Shown here: positions 40,332-47,876 of the stretch, piece by piece
How the letters are laid out: every line of letters begins with the position of its first letter
Numbering within the stretch: the stretch's first letter is position 1
Source of the DNA: Candidatus Pampinifervens sinense
GTDB taxonomy: Bacteria > Aquificota > Aquificia > Aquificales > Aquificaceae
Direction: 5' to 3'
Assembly (NCBI GenBank): GCA_037927135.1
Contig: JAXSPP010000005.1
Coordinates: forward strand, 64,001 to 128,000
DNA: 64,000 bases
Program-made: the position numbers and the translations under genes
Notes under the pieces: model-generated
What the model saw: the letters and a program-made list of their open reading frames with translations, nothing else
What the model was told of the DNA's origin: nothing
Databases searched by the model: none

Positions 40332-41390
40332 ATGGCTAAGAGTGTGCTGGTGATAGGTGGTGGTCCTGCTGGTCTTTCGGCGGCCAGAGCCCTAGGTATG
40401 CTAGGCATACCCACCATACTGGTGGAAAAGGATGGCCAGCTTGGTGGAAACCCAATCAAAAACCACTACCACACCCTAATACCCAGGAAGCTAAAGCCCT
40501 CTCAGGTGATAGACCCCTACATAAAGGAAGTGGAGAGCAACCCTAATATTAAGGTTTTGCTAAACACAGAGCTTACCGCCTGTGAGGGTGAGCCTGGAGC
40601 CTATAGGGTAACCTTGTCCAACGGAGAGAAATACGAGGTGGGTGCCATCATAGTTGCCACAGGCTTTGAACACTTTGACCCAAGAAGAAAGGGAGAGCTA
40701 GGCTATGGCCTCTACCCCGATGTGATAACAAACCTTGAGCTAGAAAGGATGTTCTCTCAAGAGGGTAAACTTTATAGGCCTTCTAATGGACAACTGCCAA
40801 AGAGAGTGGCCTTTGTGTTCTGTGTAGGTTCAAGGGACAGACAGCTAGGTGTTACAAACGTGCATTGCTGTAGGTATGGCTGTGCCCTTTCTGGCCTTCA
40901 GGCTATGGAGATAAAGGAACACTATCCCGATGTGGATGTATTCTGCTATTACATGGACGTTAGAACCTATGGCACATGGGAGTATCCCTTCTACTGGGCA
41001 CCCCAAGAGAAGTATGGTGTGAGGTATGTAAGGGGTAGGATAGCGGAGATCACATACAGCCCAGCGGATGGAAGACTTAGGGTAAAGCATGAAGATACCA
41101 TAGTGCAAAGGCCTGCAGAGGTGCCCATGGACCTTGTGGTTCTTGTGCTTGGTATGGAGCCATCTGCTGGAACGAAGAAAGTGGCCAAAATACTAGGCCT
41201 TGCCCAAGATCCAGATAGCCAATTCCTCATACCTTCAGACGAATCTGGCTCAAACATCATATCCAATAAGCCCGGAATCTTCATAGCTGGTGCATGTAAG
41301 GGACCCATAGATATAGAGTCCTCCTTCTCTGAAGGAGAGGCGGCGGCGGCAGAAGCGGCAGCCTTCATAGGTGCAAAGGTGACCGTATGA
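40332..41390 (+). CDS. hdrA: sHdr flavoprotein subunit A
   Basis: VIGGGPAG FAD motif, CVGSRD, CCRYGC, AG.C.GP.DI..S. Confidence 0.92.
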   Translation: MAKSVLVIGGGPAGLSAARALGMLGIPTILVEKDGQLGGNPIKNHYHTLIPRKLKPSQVIDPYIKEVESNPNIKVLLNTELTACEGEPGAYRVTLSNGEKYEVGAIIVATGFEHFDPRRKGELGYGLYPDVITNLELERMFSQEGKLYRPSNGQLPKRVAFVFCVGSRDRQLGVTNVHCCRYGCALSGLQAMEIKEHYPDVDVFCYYMDVRTYGTWEYPFYWAPQEKYGVRYVRGRIAEITYSPADGRLRVKHEDTIVQRPAEVPMDLVVLVLGMEPSAGTKKVAKILGLAQDPDSQFLIPSDESGSNIISNKPGIFIAGACKGPIDIESSFSEGEAAAAEAAAFIGAKVTV

Positions 41391-42121
41391 AGAAACCAGT
41401 CTCCTTAGACGACTTTCTTGTTAGGGACTATTTGATAAAGATACTAGGAGAAGGCGAGGAGTTTATCCAAGATTTTTATAAGGACCTCCTCGCCAAATCC
41501 CTCCTTTTCCAACAGGCCTTTAGCAAAGAAAGGCTACCATCTTTGACAGAGGAGGATTTAGACCTTATCCTTGAGAAGATCTTTGCCTCCAGGAGGAGAA
41601 GGAAGAAGATACTTGAAGAGACGGGTGTAGAAAGGTTGAAAAAGGCTATAAGCGACCTGCTTTACAAGGAGGCACAAAGCTGGGAAGAAAGGGTGGAAAG
41701 GTTTGTCAAAGAGATAAGGGGTGTGGACAGAAAAATGGCCAGAGACGTAGCCAGTGAGATCTTGCATTTTACCTTTCCTGAGGAGTATGTGCTTTGGACA
41801 AGCTGGATTTGGGACCCTGAAAGCGAGAGCGGTGCGGTAGTTTTCCTAAAAGAGGAGCCACCAAAGAGGAGTATGTACGGGGAGACCTATGAGGAGTTTT
41901 CTCAGGTGTACAGACAGATCCAAGAGAAGCTTTTGGACTTTGGTATAAAAGCAAAGGGCTACCTTTTTGTAGACATATTCCTAGCTATGATATACGCTAC
42001 CTACGTAGACTACATGACTCTATCTACTATGCATAGCGCCAAGGGCTTCTTTCCCCCTGCTGGAGTGATGGCAAGGAGGCTCCTTGGCGTGATTAGAAAG
42101 GAAGACCTTTTGGAGGTGTAA
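41387..42121 (+). CDS. sHdr-associated conserved protein (sHdrH/Hyp)
   Basis: Position between hdrA and hdrC2; SEILHF..PE.Y.LWT.W.WD motif. Confidence 0.8.
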   Translation: MKKPVSLDDFLVRDYLIKILGEGEEFIQDFYKDLLAKSLLFQQAFSKERLPSLTEEDLDLILEKIFASRRRRKKILEETGVERLKKAISDLLYKEAQSWEERVERFVKEIRGVDRKMARDVASEILHFTFPEEYVLWTSWIWDPESESGAVVFLKEEPPKRSMYGETYEEFSQVYRQIQEKLLDFGIKAKGYLFVDIFLAMIYATYVDYMTLSTMHSAKGFFPPAGVMARRLLGVIRKEDLLEV

Positions 42122-42124
42122 GCC

Positions 42125-42883
42125 ATGGCTATACATGAGAGAAGCCTTGTAGAACCAGAAAGAATTTTAAGAAAGGAAAGGCTTGTCATTGATGGTGTAG
42201 ATGTATCTGGAGACTGGAACCTTATCATACTTCCCAGAGTTATAAACGACTACGATCTAGACTTTGCCAAGGAGATAATCAACTCTCCAGACGGTAAAAC
42301 CATAGTCCAATGCTATCAATGTTCTTATTGTACAGCCTCTTGTCCTGTTCACAACTACTGGGATGAAAGGTACAACCCAAGGCACTTTATCTACCTTGCA
42401 AGGCTTGGCCTCATAGATGAGCTTCAAAAGAGAGCTGATGTAATGTGGAGATGCGTCTCTTGCCACAAGTGCACACACAGATGTCCGAAAGGCGTCTTGG
42501 TAGAGGAGGTGCTAAAGGTTATTCTAAGGGTAATGGCCAAGAGGGGCCTTATAGATGAGTATCCTTCTAAGAAGTTTGACAAGTTCTTTACTGAGTCTGT
42601 GCTTGAGTATGGAAGAATAGAGGATGGTGAGCTTCTCTTCGGATGGATAGAAAAGCAAGGCTACAGAGTCTTCAAAGATCCCATACTCAAAAAGCCTATA
42701 CCTTTCATAGGAGAAACGCCCGAGTGGCTAAAACAGCTTGCCATAAAACCTATCAAGTCAATGAACATAAGCTTTTTGGTTCTTAATGCAAAGCATATGC
42801 TCTTCCACCCAAGGACCAAAAACTGGAGCAAGTTCAAGCAAGTACTACGTAAAGTGATGCAAGAGGAAGGAGCACTACAATAA
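42125..42883 (+). CDS. hdrC2: sHdr subunit C2
   Basis: MAIHERSL start, CYQCSYCTASCP and CVSCHKCTHRCP. Confidence 0.9.
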   Translation: MAIHERSLVEPERILRKERLVIDGVDVSGDWNLIILPRVINDYDLDFAKEIINSPDGKTIVQCYQCSYCTASCPVHNYWDERYNPRHFIYLARLGLIDELQKRADVMWRCVSCHKCTHRCPKGVLVEEVLKVILRVMAKRGLIDEYPSKKFDKFFTESVLEYGRIEDGELLFGWIEKQGYRVFKDPILKKPIPFIGETPEWLKQLAIKPIKSMNISFLVLNAKHMLFHPRTKNWSKFKQVLRKVMQEEGALQ

Positions 42884-42896
42884 GGAGGTTAGAAAG

Positions 42897-43856
42897 ATGG
42901 GTGTGATAGGAAAGAGGGTAGCCTATTACCCTGGCTGTTCCCTTGAGGGTGCAGCTAGGGCTTATGACGTATCCACAAGGATAGTAGCCAAAGAGCTAGG
43001 TCTAGAGCTTGATTATCTGGAGGACTATAACTGTTGCGGTGCTATGGAATCAAAGAATGTTACCTTTATGGGCACACTTCTTCTGAACGCAAGGAATATG
43101 TCTTTGGCCAGAAAGCAAGGCCATACGGTAATAGTGGCTCCATGCAACGGCTGTTCCTTCTCTCTTCAAAGGGCTGAATACTTCCTGGAAACAGATAAGG
43201 CCTTGTTTGAAAAGGTGAACGCATTGTTAAGAGAGGGTGGTGTGGACCCCCTTGATCAAATTCCTCAAACCTACCATATACTTGAATGGTTCTACCATGA
43301 GGCTGGACCTCAAAAGGTAAAGGAGAAGACAAGGAAGCCTCTAAAGGGTCTTAAGGTGGCCAACTACTATGGATGCCTGTACACAAGGCCCCACTTTTAC
43401 GCAAGAACTTACTCCCATGCAGGCGGTCAGCAAGAGGAGGCAAGGCCAAGAAGGAGAGAGACTGCCGATGACGATGAGCATCCCTATTACATGAACGCTC
43501 TTCTTGAGGCGGCTGGCGCAACAAGTGTAGATTTTGAGCCTATGCATACACAGTGCTGTGGCGGGCCTCACTCCTTGTCCGACGAACAGGTTTCAGAAAA
43601 GTTTGTGATGATGATACTCCAGACCGCTAAGAGGAACGGTGCAGACATCATAGCCACCGAATGCCCTCTATGTCATGCCTCTCTTGAGATGTACAGGCAT
43701 AGGTTGATGATGAAGGGTGTGCCAGACGTAGATGTACCAGCAGCCTACTTTACACAGCTTTTGGGAATAGCTTTTGGCTATAGTGTTAATGATGTCAAGC
43801 TAAAGGATAACCTTTCCGATCCTATACCCGTTCTCAAGAGGCTTGGCTTGGTGTAA
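42897..43856 (+). CDS. hdrB2: sHdr subunit B2
   Basis: YYPGCSL, NCCGA, YYGC, CCGG, CPLC. Confidence 0.9.
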   Translation: MGVIGKRVAYYPGCSLEGAARAYDVSTRIVAKELGLELDYLEDYNCCGAMESKNVTFMGTLLLNARNMSLARKQGHTVIVAPCNGCSFSLQRAEYFLETDKALFEKVNALLREGGVDPLDQIPQTYHILEWFYHEAGPQKVKEKTRKPLKGLKVANYYGCLYTRPHFYARTYSHAGGQQEEARPRRRETADDDEHPYYMNALLEAAGATSVDFEPMHTQCCGGPHSLSDEQVSEKFVMMILQTAKRNGADIIATECPLCHASLEMYRHRLMMKGVPDVDVPAAYFTQLLGIAFGYSVNDVKLKDNLSDPIPVLKRLGLV

Positions 43857-43868
43857 GGAGGTAAGGGT

Positions 43869-44348
43869 ATGGGGCTTGTGCAGGAGCCTCAAAGCACAAA
43901 CGAATGGGAATACAACGGATGTATAATACCCTTGGATCTTTATTACGATATAGAAACGCAGACGTGGCTTAGGGTCAATGAGGATGGTACGGTTACCATG
44001 GGCCTTACCGATGTGGGACAGGTAAGAGCCGGGAGGCTCCTGCACGCCAGGATAAAGGATGTGGGAAAGGTTATAAAGAAGGGAAAGCCTGTAGCCTCGC
44101 TGGAGAGTGGTAAATGGGCTGGGCCTATAAATGCCTTGGTGGAAGGTGAGGTGGTAGAGAGGAACGAAAAGGTTTTAGAGCAACCCGATATAATAAACTA
44201 TGATCCTTATGGAGAGGGTTGGATAGTTAAGATGAAGCCTTTTGACCTTGAAAGGGATATAAAGGACCTGCTTTATGGCAAGGATGCTATAGAGGAGATG
44301 AAAAGGTATATTGATGAATGGGATATTATCTGTATGAGGTGCACGTGA
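43869..44348 (+). CDS. lbpA: Lipoate-binding protein LbpA (GcvH-like)
   Basis: GC..P.DL.Y, ESGKWAGP lipoyl-Lys motif, DPYGEGW, C-terminal Cys; sHdr context. Confidence 0.88.
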   Translation: MGLVQEPQSTNEWEYNGCIIPLDLYYDIETQTWLRVNEDGTVTMGLTDVGQVRAGRLLHARIKDVGKVIKKGKPVASLESGKWAGPINALVEGEVVERNEKVLEQPDIINYDPYGEGWIVKMKPFDLERDIKDLLYGKDAIEEMKRYIDEWDIICMRCT

Positions 44349-44605
44349 TGGCGGCAAAAGATAAACATGTAATACTTTTGGTCTCTCAGTGGTGTGCCAC
44401 TTGTCCAGATGCGGATGCCCTTTGGAGAAAGTTGCAAGCGGAATATGGCTTTAAGTATGAGGTTTTGGATGTGGCACAGCCTGAGGGCAGAATGTGGGCC
44501 AAAAAGCTGCTCATAAGGGCTGTTCCCTCCACCATAATAGACGGTAAGCTAGCCTTCGTTGGAGTGCCAGACGAGGCGGAAGCAAGGAGGGCTATAGAGT
44601 CGTGA
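44348..44605 (+). CDS. Thioredoxin/glutaredoxin-like protein
   Basis: WCATC, AVPST.IDG; ATG 44348 overlaps the upstream TGA. Confidence 0.85.
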   Translation: MAAKDKHVILLVSQWCATCPDADALWRKLQAEYGFKYEVLDVAQPEGRMWAKKLLIRAVPSTIIDGKLAFVGVPDEAEARRAIES

Positions 44606-44991
44606 AGGTGATAATACTTATGACCAGCGGGCCAAGAACGCCTTGGCGCTGTGCAGCTCCCTTTTACATAGCGGCCCTAATGGCCTCCAATGAGGCGGAT
44701 GTGGAGATATTCTTTAATATGGATGGAACAAGGCTTTTGAAGAAGGGTGTGGCAGAAAGGATAATACCTGGGGAGCCAAACTGCCTATCTCCCGATGGTA
44801 AAAAGCTAAAGACGGTGTACGATTTTATGAAGGATGCAAAGCAAGCTGGTGTTAAATTTTACTCCTGTAAGCAGGCCATAGATTCCTTGGGCTACAAGCC
44901 CGAGGACCTTATACCCGAACTGGACGGCATATTTCCAGCTAGTGAGTTTGCTATAAGAGCTATGGAGGCTGATAAAGTGCTAACATTTTAA
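44602..44991 (+). CDS. DsrE-family sulfurtransferase
   Basis: TSGP.TP.RCA.PF, FF.MDG, AGVKFYSC. Confidence 0.85.
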   Translation: MKVIILMTSGPRTPWRCAAPFYIAALMASNEADVEIFFNMDGTRLLKKGVAERIIPGEPNCLSPDGKKLKTVYDFMKDAKQAGVKFYSCKQAIDSLGYKPEDLIPELDGIFPASEFAIRAMEADKVLTF

Positions 44992-45014
44992 AAATCTCAT
45001 AAAGGAGGGTAGAG

Positions 45015-45461
45015 ATGGCTGTAGTTAACGGATGCAACATACCAGAGGACCTTTTGTATGATGTGGACCCAGAGGCAAACGCCTTCACTTGGGCCAAAGA
45101 CAACGGAGATGGCACATACACGGTAGGCCTTACCTCTGTAGCTGCTGCCATGGCTGGAAGGCTTGTAGCTTACACACCCAAAAAGGTGGGAAAGGTAATA
45201 GAAAGACGCAAAAGCATAGCTACCATAGAGAGCGGTAAGTGGGTTGGACCAGTGCCTACACCCCTTACGGGAGAGATAGTGGAGGTAAACGAGGCTCTCA
45301 AAGGTAATCCCGCTTTGGTAAATGATGATCCTTACGGTGCTGGTTGGATAGCAAAGATAAAGCCCACCAATCCAGAAGAGGTAAAAAGCTTGCTAACAGG
45401 CCAGGCGGCGGTAGAAGCTCTTACCAAGGTCATAAACGAGAAGGGCATAAAATGCGGATAA
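45015..45461 (+). CDS. lbpA: Second lipoate-binding protein LbpA (GcvH-like)
   Basis: NGC.IPEDL.Y, IESGKWVGP, NDDPYGAGW, C-terminal KCG. Confidence 0.88.
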   Translation: MAVVNGCNIPEDLLYDVDPEANAFTWAKDNGDGTYTVGLTSVAAAMAGRLVAYTPKKVGKVIERRKSIATIESGKWVGPVPTPLTGEIVEVNEALKGNPALVNDDPYGAGWIAKIKPTNPEEVKSLLTGQAAVEALTKVINEKGIKCG

Positions 45462-46471
45462 TGGACCTGAGGGGTGGGCTTCTCCACCCCTCCTTAGAAG
45501 ATGTTAAGCTGGATGAAGATCTTCTTGAAGAGTTAAAAGAAGGCTTTGAGATAAGGCTAAAAAACTTTGGCAAAGATATCCTTTTTCATAGTCCAGGCTT
45601 TAAGCACTATGAAGTGGATGATTTTTCAATAAAAAGTGGTCCAAAATTTGTGGATATATCTATAACTGGTAGAAACTGTGAGCTCATGTGCGATCATTGC
45701 GCCTCCAAAATCCTCTGGCATATGATACCCGCCATAACTCCAGAAGAACTGTGGAAGGTGGCCAATGAGCTAAAAACAAAGGGTATAGACGGTGTGCTCA
45801 TATCCGGTGGATCTAACAAGGATGGAGTGGTAGAGCTGTATCCTTTCTTTGATGTGATGAGGAGGATAAAGGAAGAGTTGGGTATGTTTGTAAGCTGTCA
45901 TGTGGGCCTTGTGGACAAAAGACTGGCAGAAGGGTTGAAAGAGGCAAAAGTGGATGCTGTGCTTTTGGATATAATAGGGGATGACAGAACAATAGCGGAG
46001 GTTTACAAGCTTCCCCATAAGACCACCAAGGATTATGAAGAGTCCCTAAGGCTTTTAAAAGAAGCTGGACACAACATAGTTCCCCATGTGATAATAGGAT
46101 TGCACTATGGACAGATTAGGGGTGAATACAAAGCTATAGATATGATCTCCCAGTTTGATCCCTCTGCCCTAGTAATAGTCATCATAATGCCTTACTATGG
46201 AAAGGCTCGCTTTCAGCTTTTGCCACCACCCAAAGCAGAAGAGAGCGCAAGGGTAGTTTTGTATGCTAGAAAGGCCCTTCCTAAAAGGCCTGTGGTTATA
46301 GGCTGTGCTAGGCCAGCTGGACCAGAAAGGGTAAAGTTTGACCTCTATGCCCTGCATGCTGGGGTAAACGGTATAACCTTCCCAGCGGAAGGAATATTCA
46401 CCTACGCCAAAAGCCTTGGATTGAAACCTATAATTTCACCTAACTGTTGCTCAACCATATTCTTGCACTAA
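45461..46471 (+). CDS. lipS1: Radical-SAM lipoyl synthase, LipS1-type
   Basis: TG..CELMCDHC, PHVIIGLHYG, GCARP and C-terminal CC motifs; ATG 45461 overlaps the lbpA stop (TAATG). Confidence 0.8.
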   Translation: MDLRGGLLHPSLEDVKLDEDLLEELKEGFEIRLKNFGKDILFHSPGFKHYEVDDFSIKSGPKFVDISITGRNCELMCDHCASKILWHMIPAITPEELWKVANELKTKGIDGVLISGGSNKDGVVELYPFFDVMRRIKEELGMFVSCHVGLVDKRLAEGLKEAKVDAVLLDIIGDDRTIAEVYKLPHKTTKDYEESLRLLKEAGHNIVPHVIIGLHYGQIRGEYKAIDMISQFDPSALVIVIIMPYYGKARFQLLPPPKAEESARVVLYARKALPKRPVVIGCARPAGPERVKFDLYALHAGVNGITFPAEGIFTYAKSLGLKPIISPNCCSTIFLH

Positions 46472-46482
46472 ATTTATAAGCT

Positions 46483-46860
46483 ATGAAGCTCTTTGACTTA
46501 GAGACGGCAAGAGAACTTATCACTTTGATAAAGCCTATAGTGGAGGAGATAAACCTAAAAAGGGAGGAATTAAGGGAGTGCCTTTTAAGGCTAGAAGAAG
46601 AGGAGGATCCTTTAGAGAAGATGTATCTGGAAAGTCATATAAAGGACCTGGATGAAGGTATAAGAAGGCTTTTTCAAAAGATAGAGGCCCTCGGTGGTGT
46701 CATTAAGGGTGTGGACCCCATCCTTGTAGACTTCCTCTCCTTTCACAAAAACAGGTATATATGGCTGTGCTGGAAGGAGGATGAGGACACGATCATGTAT
46801 TGGCATGAGCTGGATGAAGGCTTTGCGGGAAGGAAGCCTGTAGACTTGCTTTATGAATAG
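46483..46860 (+). CDS. DUF2203 family protein
   Basis: G.IK....LVDF, LCWK..E..I.YWHE...GFAGRKP. Confidence 0.88.
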   Translation: MKLFDLETARELITLIKPIVEEINLKREELRECLLRLEEEEDPLEKMYLESHIKDLDEGIRRLFQKIEALGGVIKGVDPILVDFLSFHKNRYIWLCWKEDEDTIMYWHELDEGFAGRKPVDLLYE

Positions 46861-47384
46861 AAGTCCATGAATATCTTTGAAGGTGTGGCTCCTCTCTGCC
46901 CCTGATACTTTCCTCTATAGGGCCTTTCTGCCTTTCTGTCTAGCTTTGCCAAAACTATTTGACATATGCGCACACCCTTGTAAATCCTTATAGGACAGCT
47001 GTTGGCGTTATAAAGCTCAAGGGTAATCTGTCCTTCAAAGCCCGCATCCACCCACCCCGCATTTTCTATAAAAAGCCCAAGCCGCCCAAGGGAAGATCTA
47101 CCCTCTACGAAGGCTGTAACATCCTCGGGAAGTTTTATATACTCTTCTGTTGTGGCAAGCATAAAGGCCTTTGGGGGTATAAGCAAGCCTTCTTCTGGTA
47201 TGATAACCTTTTCCACAGGCAAATGAGGGCTTTTTATATCTATGCACTCTGACCTGTAGAAGAGCACTTCCCCGCTCAAAGTAAGGTCTATAGAAGATGC
47301 TTGAACGTTTTCTTCCCTGTAGGGTTCTATAACAAGCCTTCCCGACCTTATAAGCTCTTTAATGCTTCTGTCACTCAGTATCAT
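46851..47384 (-). CDS. dcd: dCTP deaminase
   Basis: MILSDR, SIDLTL, EGRSSLGRLGL, AGWVD.GF.GQITLEL, Y.GKYQGQ; start at ATG 47384. Confidence 0.95.
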   Translation of the reverse strand: MILSDRSIKELIRSGRLVIEPYREENVQASSIDLTLSGEVLFYRSECIDIKSPHLPVEKVIIPEEGLLIPPKAFMLATTEEYIKLPEDVTAFVEGRSSLGRLGLFIENAGWVDAGFEGQITLELYNANSCPIRIYKGVRICQIVLAKLDRKAERPYRGKYQGQRGATPSKIFMDFYS

Positions 47385-47390
47385 GGCTTT

Positions 47391-47476
47391 TGGTGGGGGT
47401 GGAGGGACTCGAACCCTCACGGCTCATCGCCGGCGGATTTTAAGTCCGCTGCGTCTACCAGTTCCGCCACACCCCC
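47391..47476 (-). tRNA. tRNA-Leu(TAA)
   Basis: Minus strand GGGGGTGTGGCGGAACTGGTAGACGCA-GCGGA-CT-TAA-AA-TCCGC, variable arm, GGTTCGAGTCC, ACCA end. Confidence 0.96.
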
Positions 47477-47511
47477 AATCTAATAATAATTATAGGCAAT
47501 TATTCTTCCCT

Positions 47512-47608
47512 CAGGGTGTTTCAGAAATAGTCTGCACCTTCACACAGACTACATTCCCGCTCCCTAAAGCGGGAACTGGTGCCCACAGAGGGTCTCCCCA
47601 CAAGCCCT
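47512..47608 (-). mobile_element. Orphan right end / omegaRNA-like scaffold of the TnpB element family
   Basis: Ungapped match to 12656-12752 (75/96 identical over 12657-12752 by manual count); ends in the same TIR (...GAAACACCCTG); hairpins conserved by compensatory changes. Confidence 0.88.
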
Positions 47609-47635
47609 TGACAAAAAATTTTGGGATTGTATATT
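47608..47635 (+). promoter_or_regulatory. sigma70 promoter of feoAB, overlapped by a palindrome
   Basis: TTGACA, 16-nt spacer, TATATT; inverted repeat TTTTGGGATT-N7-AATACCAAAA at 47619-47645. Confidence 0.65.
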
Positions 47636-47663
47636 AATACCAAAAATGTTTTGGAGGTAGAAA

Positions 47664-47876
47664 ATGAAGCTTGAGGAAGTGAAGCCAGGACAAGAGGTTA
47701 TAATAATGTCCTTTTCTGGAAAGGATGAGGTGTTGGAAAAGGTGCAGGCAATGGGTTTAAGGAAGGGCAGAAGGGTGGCCCTTCTTCAAAAGCTCGGAAG
47801 GAATCTACTTCTAAAGGTAGACAATTCAAGGATAGTTATAAGCAAGGATTTAGCGCGGAACATAGAGGTTCAATGA
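47664..47876 (+). CDS. feoA: Ferrous iron transport protein A
   Basis: 70 aa SH3-like, MGL..G, A..I.V; GGAGG RBS; upstream of feoB. Confidence 0.9.
   Translation: MKLEEVKPGQEVIIMSFSGKDEVLEKVQAMGLRKGRRVALLQKLGRNLLLKVDNSRIVISKDLARNIEVQ

Noticed and set aside
44330-44350. Additional selenoproteins at TGA stops near Cys motifs (lbpA CMRCT-TGA; SAM hydrolase CVRC-TGA at 26339)
   Set aside because: The lbpA TGA overlaps the next gene's ATG, the SAM hydrolase frame hits another stop three codons later, and no SECIS-like hairpin follows either.
43869-45461. Glycine cleavage system H proteins, or methanogen-type Hdr for the adjacent genes
   Set aside because: No gcvT/gcvP nearby; the conserved terminal cysteines and the C1-B1-A-H-C2-B2 context indicate LbpA and sHdr.
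47385-47420. ORF-track N-terminal extension of dcd (MRVRVPPPPPKA) and ORFs 47301-47483 and 47362-47637
   Set aside because: These are translations of the tRNA-Leu gene and the repeat, not protein-coding sequence.
47512-47608. Orphan copy as an independent MITE
   Set aside because: It has only the right TIR, with no left TIR and no full TSD; a deletion derivative fits better.
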